A stretch of DNA of 64,000 bases from Phoronis australis (taxonomy: Eukaryota; Animalia; Phoronida). The number at the start of each line of letters is the position of its first letter. Within the stretch, counting starts at the first letter, position 1. The notes under the pieces were generated by a model. The model was not told the origin of the DNA, searched no databases, and saw only the letters and a list, made by a program, of their open reading frames with translations. Shown piece by piece: positions 38,339-49,174 of this stretch. A program made the translations under genes and the position numbers. The stretch lies in the NCBI GenBank assembly GCA_002633005.1, contig NMRA01000093.1, positions 700,505 through 764,504 of the forward strand, in the 5' to 3' direction.

Positions 38339-39642
38339 TGTTATTTAATTTTCTGAACATGGGATCCAGCAATAACAATATACCAGTTCTTTACAAGACC
38401 AAAAATCACTTTTCGTTGGAGTGAGGAACAACTTGAGACCACTTTTATAGCAACAAGTGGTTTAAAACAAAAGTTGATTACTTCCACGTAATGTAAGTTT
38501 ATAGGCGCTTTAGTTATGTACAACGTGCCATCACAGTGGAGTAACTATAACTGGACCGCAATGCTTACCCCACAGCTGGTTGATACTTTGTTACCTGGTC
38601 TAAAGGCTTAAGGCTGCTTCAAACCTGCTATCTATTAAAAATAATGTATTTTTGATTGACTTAAATTATTAACCAAATTATTCTTCACTCGGATTAGATT
38701 ACGTTTCTTTACTAGGGAAAACTGGCAGTTTGTAAAATTTGCTTAAGGCTGGACACTGCACAAGGCCAGGACATTTGCAAAATTTGCTTGAAACCGTGCT
38801 TAGTGCAGTCTGCATGAACTCTAGCAATAATATACCAGTCTGTCTAAGCTTCATAATAGGAAAATTTGAGACTTGATTTTATAAAGATACATGGTCTAAA
38901 TCAAAAATTTTGACGTGGGGTTATAGCATCATCAAGTGCAGTGAGAACCTACATCCTAGTCGTCTCTTGCAAATGATAAAATCTTACAAATTAAGCATCC
39001 ACTTTTCACAATCTTCTACAAAGACAAGTGGCCATTTTCAGACTTGTGGGCTGTAGTTCCACTCGTGTTTGTTGAATTAGCTCAAATGACCAACTTTTTG
39101 TTTTTATACCGTGGGTATGCAAGTTGGCAAGATTTGTGTATAGAACAATAAATGTGCATTAAAGATTCAAATGTCAATGTCAATTATCAAGATATAATAA
39201 GAAATATTTGTAAATTATAACTGTATTAAGTGCTGCATTGGGCGGTTACAAATGGCCAATTGCAAAGTTAGTTAAAATAAGAAATATCAAGAGATTTATT
39301 AATAAATAGCTTAACGCCTAAGAGCTCCATATTAAACACAGTGCAACCCTAGAGAACAATTTGATTTTTGCGACTTGCAAAATTAAATCAGAACACTCGA
39401 CACTGGCCATTGTCTGATAAGGGATGCCCCATGGTTATATTAATATTACCTGAACAGCGCTAAATATATCTTCAACTAAGTCTCCTTGTGGTGGTATGAT
39501 TTATGTGTAATATAAATAAAGTTTGTGGTCCAAGGGTATAAAAAACTTGTGCTAATTGGAAAAGTGCTGATATGAGTATAAAATGTAAAGCAACTAGTGT
39601 TAACCTGTGTATGCCTAACTACAGTGAAGTATAAATGGTAGG

Positions 39643-39770
39643 ATATTAGTAAAGACAAGATTTTTGAACTTCAACATGTTTCGATCATCAGACCTCGATT
39701 GCTTGTCCTGATGTTGATGTTTTAGACATCAAGCCGTGTTGAAGTTGAAAATTCTTGTTTTAATTAATAT
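39643..39770. mobile_element. Inverted repeat with degenerate minimal-hammerhead motifs (possible Penelope-like element terminal relic)
   Basis: Imperfect arms of ~35 bp. The minus strand reads CTGATGA-TC-GAAA-CATG-TT; the plus strand reads CTGATG-TT-GATGT(tttag)ACATC-AAGC-CGTG-TT. Confidence 0.45.
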
Positions 39771-39863
39771 TGTCTCTTGTCTTAGTTGAGATCAAATCGT
39801 AGAAGTTTTTAACTTTCCTGTAGATTTTAAAACGTGACTAAATTTCATGAACAGTTTTACTTA

Positions 39864-40271
39864 CCATACTCATCAGCATGATTACTAGTGCTTAAATTGG
39901 GGAACTAAAACATGTGAGGGTGGGTATAAAGCTGAGCACTGGCGTCTACAAATGAAATTTCGAGAAGTCAGGAGTGGGCATTAACCTGAATGGTCCACTC
40001 AGTTGAATGCTTGAAAAGCACCACCTTTGCCAAACACGCACGCAAGAGTCAAATTAAACGTACGGGTAATTTCAAATCCAGATAAGGTGTAACCGAATTT
40101 CGTACTTTCTGGAAAGTAAAATTCGCGATTTCAGAAACGTGGGTACTTTTAAGCAAGTCTTGATCCTTAAATTAAGGTTGGGTGTTATGTCGAGCAGGAG
40201 CGTTTAAAAGACTAGTGAAAGTTTAGAAATTTCTGAGGTGGACGTATATTGAGAAACCTGGATGAGTACGG
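39864..40271. mobile_element. TA-flanked MITE (Tc1/mariner-type ends)
   Basis: TA|CCATACTCATC-AG ... CTGGATGAGTACGG|TA forms an imperfect TIR with TA on both sides. Confidence 0.65.
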
Positions 40272-40512
40272 TATCTTAGCGAACCATTAGTTTATACCAG
40301 TTGAGCATTATGGTATTTGTTTTTTAACAACAATCGTAGTAGAAGATTGTACACCAGTCCACAAAGGGAACAATATTACGAGTGCAATGATACTGTATTC
40401 AAAATGATATTAACTATAAGTATTGTTAAAGTGTACATCATTGTATTAATATTCTTAATATGTTTATAATATATTTATTTAAGACACTTGTGTATTTTCG
40501 TACTTAGACATT

Positions 40513-40518
40513 AATAAA
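40513..40518 (+). terminator. Candidate distal polyadenylation signal of the tincar-like gene
   Basis: AATAAA with a GT/T-rich tract shortly downstream. Other AATAAA hexamers occur upstream (~39147, ~39301, ~39515). Confidence 0.35.
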
Positions 40519-41438
40519 GTATATGTGGTTTTGTATCAAGATGTTTTGTTCTCAGTCTCAGATGGAAGTTGAGACTATAGCATAAGGAGGAAGTAGTCGA
40601 CATAACTTGTACTTGTCTTGGCTATTGGTAAAACAAAAACTGACAAAATGATAAAGCACCAAAGAGAAGACATTAAATGTAAACCTTAAGTTTATTATTT
40701 TTTGATCATGAAACTTTCTAAAACTTGTCCAACTTATAACTTCAGGTGAGGCATGAAAATTGAGATTACATTCATCCTTGTGAAAAGTGATTTTCACCCT
40801 CATTCCAACCAATCCCTCCAGTTTCCCTGATGCCAATGTTGCTTGCCACAATAAGAACAATTTCATTGACTTTTAACGAAAACAACTTTTATTCGTGTTG
40901 CAGTAAGGAACAAAACATGTTGAATGCATGACAGGAGTTATCTGTTTTCTTAACAAGCCTTTAACATGCTAAATACAATACTGCTATTTAGATAATATCA
41001 CTGAAACAAAAATGTGATTACGGGAAAGAAAATGTTCAAAAAGCACACCCCAAAGCAGAATGTTTTTGTCACAGGAATTTTTATTAGTAAACATAAGAGT
41101 TGAAGTCTATTTTCGGAAAGATGATTTCTCATTGTCCATCCAAATTTAGTAACACTACTGCTGGAAACATAACTACCATAAATATTCGTGAGCAAAATTT
41201 TCCTTCAATTTAGGAATTCACTCGGGTGAGTGAGAAAATACAAGAATGTATTAAATATCAAGAATTTCATTATGGACAAGAGGAGTAGTCTTTTTAGCAC
41301 GGTAGTTTTACACCTGACAATTGGTCAATGGTAACAGATCAATGACTGGCATAAAGACTAACGTTCCATTGATAACAAAGGCGCACAACCACACTTCCCA
41401 TAATTCCTGCTATAATGTAGATCGGCAAGTGATTACTT

Positions 41439-44400
41439 CTACATATTTCCTTTCGTCTCCCATCGCTGCTTTTCAGCAAATCTGAAATAAATAGATTTTG
41501 ACGTAAGTTGTCCCATTCATGTGGCAGACAAGACTCTCATAATTAAATTAACTAAATTAAAACCAGAAGCAAATTCCAAATCACTCTTAGCAGGGACAGC
41601 AGTTGTAAGAAAACTACGCTAAGTAAAAAAATGATTCATTATTTGTTGTAACATGCCAGTCTGTGGAAAATAAAAAGACAATCCAATAATGTGAAATAAA
41701 TAAAGAATTAACAAAATGATTTCCCAACCATTTACAGGTTCCTTAAGCAACACTGTGTGGTACAGTCCTCTTAAAAATACAGATGGACAAATGAGGCACA
41801 GGTGGATTTGGGGGAGAGGCCTAGGGCCCCCTAAGGCATGACTAAAAAGAAAATATCCGCCGGCATGCACTTTTAGGGCCATCAGAGGGTTTGTCCATTG
41901 AAAGTGATAGCACCCCTCCTGACATTCTAGATCTGCCAGTGGTACAAGCATCAATCACCCCAGGTAACACGTGGTACTTACCCCCAGTGTAAAGCTTTCT
42001 TTCTTTTAGATTTATGTTCGTCATCTTCCACCTAAAACATTTACACTCAAGGTGAATGGTTGATGGGTCACGGATACCGGTATGCTAGCTACAGGCAGAC
42101 TTATAAAAAAATTTTGACTTGCAAAAGCATTGTACTCTCACTGCTAAAGACTTGTAAACCAATGGTTTAATGAAACCCATCTGCTATAAGTACTCTCTGT
42201 AACAAAAAGAAGACTCAAATGGCTTAAAATGCACTGCAGGTATTTCATTTGAACTCCACTAAGACGCCAATGCAATGCCTTTATTGTAGCAGGGTCTTAA
42301 ATATGAAAGCATACCTTTTTCTGTTCCATATAATTTCTGGCTTTAATGGCGTCAGCAATTTTTGTGCCAAACTGCAACGGTTCAAAGAATGCATCATGTG
42401 AACAATCACAAAATATTCAATAGAGAAAGCACAACAGTAACTCAAGACAACCAGGCCCAGTTCATTCAAGAAAATACTCTGGGAAACACACGGACATTTC
42501 ATCCATTTCCATGTTGATCAAATTCACATAGATTAATTCTTATTTACACAACCAAGAAAAATGTTGCACCTTGACAGTTTCAGCTACTCACAGCAGTCAT
42601 TTTCGAAAGCTATTGGACACTAGGTGGCGTGGTAATGAAACTGTTCCATTTGGAAACTGTCAAGGTACAACATTTTGCTTGGTTGTGTAAATAAGAATTA
42701 ATCTATGCGTACTCTACCAACCTTATGAAATTATTTTGATCAAATATAGTTGTACTATAGTAACAGAAACAGTACGCAGCAGCAACAGCAGCAGCAGCTA
42801 AAAGAGCAGCAACAGTAGCAGCAGCTGAATGAGCAACAGCAACAGTAGTAGAAGCAGAATGTCAGCACCAGTAACAGCAACAGCAATTGCTGGAGCAGCA
42901 GCAGCAAAATGTTTTAATTGAACAAATCAGAAGACCAAACAGGTTTCAGAATTTAAGTGACGTAATTAAGCGGACAGCTTTGAGACACATTGAGACAATA
43001 CTGTATCCTGCACAACAGCTGGTAAACTCACTTCTCTTGTTGCTAGGCGATCGCTCAGTTTCTCAGCAGTTTCTATATCCCCACAATGTATGGCAGTATC
43101 CAACAATTCTTCCGTCTTGCTCTGAAACAGTTTAACCAGTGTGAAATACCGAACTGATAAAGACTAGAACGGCCGATGTCTTTAAAGGTAACAGGATACA
43201 TTCGTTACCAAGGATAGAATTTCTTAAACAACTTTTAAGAATCAACAGTAGACCCATAACAGGATGTATTTTTAAAGACCCTGATGATCACAGAATGTTG
43301 TTACGTACACAATATCAATTCCCAGGTTTGCAAACACACAAGTGTGTTTTTACAAATAGTCTTGACGATTCACCAACAATTGTGGAATTATTCCACGCGA
43401 AATACCTTTGGTTTTGCTGAACTCTTATCTGCTCCAGTCAGATGATCGTTGACATGGAGATACCTTTTAATGTTGGACCAGTGTTGCTGTTTATAATCAG
43501 ATGAGCTGAAAGAATGGTATTACATGCAGAATCATGGTACAAATCTAGTTAAACTAAAACAACAATATATATTTTCTCATAACAATTAGAATTTTGACAA
43601 GCCAAACCATATTTATAGATTAATTTAAGCCGTAAATACTTTTCTAATACTTACATGCACTTGCATATGCACGTCTAGCTTCCTCAAATCATTATATTAC
43701 AAAACTTTTTAATGACTCCAAGTTAAACATAAACTGAACAGTTGTAATTTTCTTTATTGCTTTTCTCTGTAACTTTTCTGAGGCCTCTGGCAAAGCATTT
43801 TTTTATTCCGCTAATTTTACTAGTGTACTAGTTCACCAATGACCCTTTAATTATTAAGCAAGGACCTTTCTCTACCACAGCTGGCACAGCAGCTGAGTTG
43901 TTCTTGTAACGCCATATTGAGTGGTGCTTCAGTAGGTCAAAATGGCCAATTTTAAAGTAAGGTAAAAATGAGAATGAATTGGTTTATTACATGGGTGGCG
44001 CAGCACTGAAAATTGGGGGGGCTATAGCCCCCAGCTCCCCTGTGGTGCACCGCGTGTAGACGGTGGACGGCACAGCAGTGGAAAAAGTGGGGGGGGTATA
44101 GCCCCCCCCCAGGCCCCTATGGTGCGCTGCCCATGCATTAAGCCAAAAATAGAAAGTGTCAACTTGACTTATATAGTGACACGATTTTTGTCATGCATAG
44201 CAAAATAAAATCAAAACAATTGACACTCACAATTATGTGAAACAGGATATTCCAAGGCCACAGAAACACTACCAAAGCAGTGCTCATAGCATTAATTTTG
44301 CTTGCCTGAAACTGCCATATATGATTTTGATTGCTCATGGTTCTGGCAATGCCACTGATTTGATGCTAAACTTAAAAACTGTATAGACAATACCTTAATA

Positions 44401-46435
44401 TTAATATATAAGTGAAAAAATTGTCACTAAAAGAACTCCACCTCACCTGGAGATAGATTGTTTCACTACAAGAACTCCACCTCACCTGGAGATAGATTGT
44501 CCACTAGCATTTGAAGGCTTCTTCCTCTTAAGCTCCTTAGATACTGTATCAGGCAAATGCTTCTCCAACACATCCAAATCAGATGGGTTAGATTTGAACT
44601 CCTCAACAACTGAAACGAGAGCAATGTGAAGTGTTGACATGCATCCACAACTGCAATGCAAATGGCATGCATCTAGAGATGTTTATTAATATCAAAAAAT
44701 AGATATAAGGTGGTGCAGAATCTGTCTGAAAATGAGAAAACCTTAAAACCTATTTGCCAAATTTCATGAAAATTTGTCCATGAACTCAAAAAATACAGAG
44801 GCAAACAGAAAAAAATAGCAATGCTACTATGAGGCACGGCCGTAGTCGTACGTTGTTATATTCATATAGGAATAGACTTGCTGAATTTCACAAATATCCA
44901 GCTATGAATGCAACAAATTGACATCCTTAGGACCTGTCACAGTAGTTGGACCTGTCCTGCAGTTGTCAAAAGAACCAGCAATTTTTCTTTGACCAGTTAG
45001 GTTGTTGGCAAAGCTGACAGTAAAAACAGACTTGAAAATAACAATGGTTGCTAGGTGACTTAAAATATGTCTAATCCACCTGAAAGTAAAAAGGTGTAGT
45101 CGTCTCCTTGATAGAAACCTGTTTGCCAAATTTCATAACATTCTGTCACGAAACTGAGAAGAGGTAAACCAAAAAACAAATTGTTGCTAGGGGCCACAAT
45201 GGCAGTCAGATCTGCCACAAAGTACTCATCTTTTGTTGCCACTTTGATAGAAAAACACTCGTCAAATATCCATATTATGCAAGACGTTAAGGAGATACAG
45301 CTGAAAACACAAAAAACCCAAAGTATTGCCACCAAAGAGAGATTCGTCTGAAAATCAAAATCAGGTTTTCAGCAGGAATACATCTGCCAATTTTGATAAT
45401 GATTTTTGGAGTGGTTAGGCTAATAGAGATGTAGACACCAAAGAACAAATTCATAAATAATAAAAATGGACACTAGGTGATGCAGAATATGGCAAATCTA
45501 TCTGTAAATGGGAATATGTTGTCAGAAATTTCACGAAAATCTATTAAGGTATAGAGGTTAATGTAAAAAATAAAATTGCCACTAAAAAGCAGAGTATTAG
45601 TCAGAAAGCAGCCAGACACTGGACGCCAACAGAGTGATGACGGCAATATGCATCCACATATGTATACGTGGGCGCATCAAAATGAAATGTTTTTGACTTA
45701 GCATGCTTTAACAAAAATTCATGATACCTGTTCTAACACACTGTTTCTGCATGTCTCTTATTCGTTTTTCTGAAGACTTTTTACTGACATCTTCTCTCCT
45801 CTTGTGCAGTGCTTGATATTTCTGAAAACAAAAGCAACATCTTACAGCCAAAGACTGGAACTACAAAATAACTCTTCTGAAAAGCTACTCACCTGAAATA
45901 GACTGGTTTAACAGTTTATTTCAGTCAATGGCCTGTTTACTTAAAACACCATGTAAAATTAAAAATTGTGAGCAACAGTATCAAATTACAATTGCAGTTT
46001 TAGCAATCATAGTTAAGTGAAAGAGTAAAGAGACTAGCACAATATCCGCCTGACTCTTGCTTAGTGCAGGTGGCCATCATTCAATAACTGCTCAGATTTC
46101 CACAAACTTACCTCCCATAACCTGTCTGACATGTGCTTTGGCTTATCTTTGTGAACTCTGACCTTTGATTCTTCCGAAGGAATGGTTGATTCACAATTGC
46201 TTTCCATGGCAACAGCAGTCTTGTTTTTAGCAGCTGATCTGAAAACATGGCTTGGCATACTGTTCTCAAAACCATCATGAACCTGAAGATTTTCAAGTTG
46301 AATGTCTTTGCTACTGTTAGGCAACACACTGAACTCTGCATCTGGTAAATTTGCTGGACTAGATTTCAGCTTCTCCCTTCGATCCTGGTCTTGTTGAAGT
46401 AACAAGTCCTTTATGTGTCCCACGCCCGATATCAT
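41439..46435 (-). CDS. FAM204A: Protein FAM204A-like (293 aa), 8 coding exons
   Basis: Minus-strand exons: 46435-46112, 45821-45728, 44609-44486, 43505-43406, 43121-43032, 42371-42315, 42031-41982, 41481-41439. All introns are GT-AG with consistent phases (882 nt total). The product contains LWEKYQALHKRR, HWSNIKRYLHVNDHL, EELLDTAIHCGDIETAEKLSDRLATREFGTKIADAI and KKALHWGFAEKQRWETKGNM*, which parallel the conserved FAM204A C-terminus (...LATRELGVKIAKA...LAWGFEAKKRWETKSNM). The start codon is less certain than the rest. Confidence 0.9.
42527..42707. mobile_element. Fold-back MITE with ~55-bp TIRs (CATAG...CTATG) in a FAM204A intron
   Basis: CATAGATTAATTCTTATTTACACAACCAAG...TTGACAGTTTC is mirrored by GAAACTGTCAA...CTTGGTTGTGTAAATAAGAATTAATCTATG. 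No clear TSD. Confidence 0.8.
42776..42906. repeat. Imperfect (CAG/CAA)n microsatellite, intronic
   Basis: GCAGCAGCAACAGCAGCAG... low-complexity tract between FAM204A exons. Confidence 0.85.
43990..44135. mobile_element. Short dimeric CATGGG...CCCATG element; inverted relative at 47943-48089
   Basis: Two GGGGGGCTATAGCCCCC hairpin modules, each preceded by GCA(C/G)TG(G)AAAA. The reverse-complement structure is present at 47943-48089. Confidence 0.65.
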
Positions 46436-46898
46436 TTTTGGTTTGTAACTTGCAACTGAAAAGTGGAAAGCATGGTGGGAATTCCAATTACTAAAAATAG
46501 CTAAGAGATAACACTGCTCATGTTAAAACTAGTACGTAAAAAGGTAAGAGGTAACATTGCTTATGTTAAAGCTACTATGTAAATAGCTATTCATGTTAAA
46601 GCTCCCACATAAATAACTAAGATATAACACTACTCAATGTTAAAGCTATTATGTAAATAGCTAAGAGGTAACATCGCTCATGTTAAAGTTATTGCTGCTG
46701 TAAAAACATATCAATTTTTCATTTAGACAATTTATTATTATCCGCAAGTGTCAACCTGCTTGTAGGATGGCGAAATCCGCAGAAATTTCTGGTGGGAGGA
46801 TGGCCAGGGAATGGAATTTTTCACGCAGTATAGATGATGACCAGGTCCGTTCAAGTCGACTGATTGTAAGTTGTGTCACCAGCTTAGATGATGTTTTG

Positions 46899-47042
46899 GA
46901 TTTGACGTGTCATTGTGATTTGACGTGTCATTGTGATTTGACGTGTCATTGTGATTTGACGTGTCATTGTGATTTGACGTGTCATTGTGATTTGACGTGT
47001 CATTGTGATTTGACGTGTCATTGTGATTTGACGTGTCATTGC
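46899..47042. repeat. Minisatellite, 18-bp unit GATTTGACGTGTCATTGT x8
   Basis: Eight near-perfect copies 0.46-0.6 kb upstream of the FAM204A ATG, inside a candidate 5' exon (47113-46756, minus strand). Confidence 0.97.
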
Positions 47043-47514
47043 GACTTCTTAGATGACCAAGGGGAAGGTCCCAGATCTTTGCAGTGTCTGTCGGTTGGGT
47101 ATGAGTGGAATATCTGTATATCTCAGGATTGAGAGTTAAATAAAATGTGTGTTGTTAGTTAACTTTAAAACTCACACTGTTCAGAGTAAAACGTAATGTT
47201 AATTGATTTATTTTATTTTCACATGCTTTTGCTGTACTCTACTACAGTCGCAAGGTGCTACAAAACATCATTATCGTGTGTCATTCTATGGGTCTTGTAA
47301 CAAAGAAAACAGTGTGCTTATGATACGCACATGCGCCACTTGCTAAATTGCTTAAAAATTCGGTTTTGCCGCATAGTTTTGCACCGATGTGGGTAACAAA
47401 CAGTCCATTAAAATCTGACACAAAATTAACATCATTAATAATGATACTCTTCATCGAGTAAACCAAACTAGTTACCGATGCTAACAAATTGCCATTCTAC
47501 TGTTACTATGTTAA

Positions 47515-47905
47515 AGTTGGGGAACAACCTTATGTGCTGGCTTTCAACACCATGAAATAGAGCGTCGCCTATTGGTCAACTTCTTTATTCCGCTGATTCT
47601 CCGACAACTCTTCTTCATCCACAAGGATACAAACAGGTCCCAAATTATTGGAATTGATTTCACTTCATAATAAGTTTGAAGTATTTTAACACCAGCAAAC
47701 GGAATTTATTACGCAAAAAATTTCCTTCGGCAAAGATGTCTCCCGAAAAATGTCACAAAAATTAGCAAATTGCGTGTTACAAGCATGCTGTTTTCAAGTC
47801 AACGACAGACTCTTCTTGAGAAAAATCCGAAGAATAATGCATGAAAATTTTTATTGGATTGTTTTTCACTTAAACAGGTGTAACAGGCAAAGGTGAGTAT
47901 CGCCT
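47515..47905. mobile_element. Possible TTAA-flanked (Kolobok-like) non-autonomous element
   Basis: TTAA|AG...CT|TTAA with weakly matching ends (AGTTGGGGAACAACCTT vs reverse complement AGGCGATACTCACCTT). Confidence 0.35.
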
Positions 47906-47942
47906 TTAAGTCCCATATTTTGCATGCACCCCACCAGTTGTT

Positions 47943-48089
47943 CATAGGCAGCGAACCATAGGGGGCTGGAGGGGCTATAGCCCCCCACTTTTTTCAGTGC
48001 TGTGCTGCCCATGCTTTATAGGCGGAGCACCAAAGGGGGAGCTGGGAGGCTTTAGCCCCCCCATTGTTTTCAGTGCTGTGCTGCCCATG
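47943..48089. mobile_element. Short dimeric element, same family as 43990-44135
   Basis: Two tandem modules ..ATAGGC...GGCT(A/T)TAGCCCCCC...TTTTCAGTGCTGTGCTGCCCATG. Confidence 0.65.
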
Positions 48090-48649
48090 TTGTTAGCTCT
48101 ACATGTTGATATAAGTTTCACGACCAGGTGACGAGCAGAACTATCCAGGCGGTGTGAAATTCCAAGATCAATGTGAAGGTGACACACAGCGGTTCCAAAT
48201 TGCATTTTGACATTAGTCTTCAGACTTCATACAGCCATATAATACAGCTATACATGTACCCAGTGCCACTGTCTGAACTGGACCAGCCCAGCTGTGTTAA
48301 GCAACTGTCCACTTTGGGCAGACTTAGGGGTCTAAATTGTACCCTGTTCTCTCGATGCAATCCAAATGAAGCAACATTTTTAAAAATGAGAGGATGCTGG
48401 ACATTGAATGCATTGCAATGGAACGGAAATTGAAGTCATTTATTTCTCAGATTTTTATTCAGATAGATTTTATGAAACGTCCGATATTTAGGTAGACAAT
48501 GACCATCATCTCTCTGGTATTCAACTAGAGACGGTGGTGACTCTGGCCACAGGCACCTTTAATTAGCCCTCGACGATATACTTTGTCAAGCTTGTGTATG
48601 AGGGATGAGGGCTGATTAAAGCCAAAGGGCCAGTGCTGGCTGTCTGGGG

Positions 48650-48727
48650 CACAGGCACCTTTAACTAGCCCTCTACAATATATTGATTATTGTAATATTG
48701 TAGAGAGCTACTTAAAAGGTGCCTGTG
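48650..48727. mobile_element. 78-bp palindromic MITE with 8-bp TSD; truncated sibling at 48548-48621
   Basis: CACAGGCACCTTTAA...TTAAAAGGTGCCTGTG is flanked by GTCTGGGG on both sides (48642-48649 and 48728-48735). Confidence 0.88.
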
Positions 48728-49174
48728 GTCTGGGGCCAGTTGTCTACTAGGTAGAATGTAGCGCTTTAATGACATTAATTTTAAGTCAGACTTTGAGGTT
48801 ACTTAGTTGTCTTACCAGTGTTCCTCTCGTGTGGTACAGAATCATGCGTTTGTCCTAATTTTTTATATATAAAATTAATTAGATTCCTTCGTCAGCTGTT
48901 GTTGGTTGTTGTTAGAAAACGTGAAGGTCAAGGTCACCATAGAAAATGTTGAAAAAATACAATTATGAAATTATACTTTTGACGTTTTATAACATTAAAA
49001 TCACCAAAAAATAAAATCATTATTTCTTTACAATATTTAATATACTGTGCTTTTCTTTTAAAATTTTGTTTTCGAATCTAATTATGTTTTGTTTCTTATA
49101 ATACATATCTGTAGAGTTTTAAAACGAGGCTGGCACATGTTTCGTCTTAAAAATCACAGGTGCTTGTGTTAAAA

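Noticed and set aside
42887-43135. PolyQ-containing ORF
   Set aside because: It is an intronic CAG/CAA tract plus the antisense of a real FAM204A exon.
46767-47132. Plus-strand 121-aa ORF with (DLTCHC)x8 as a metallothionein-like peptide
   Set aside because: The repeat units are identical at the DNA level with essentially no synonymous variation. The ORF is antisense to the FAM204A 5' region and its length is explained by the minisatellite. It cannot be fully excluded without expression data.
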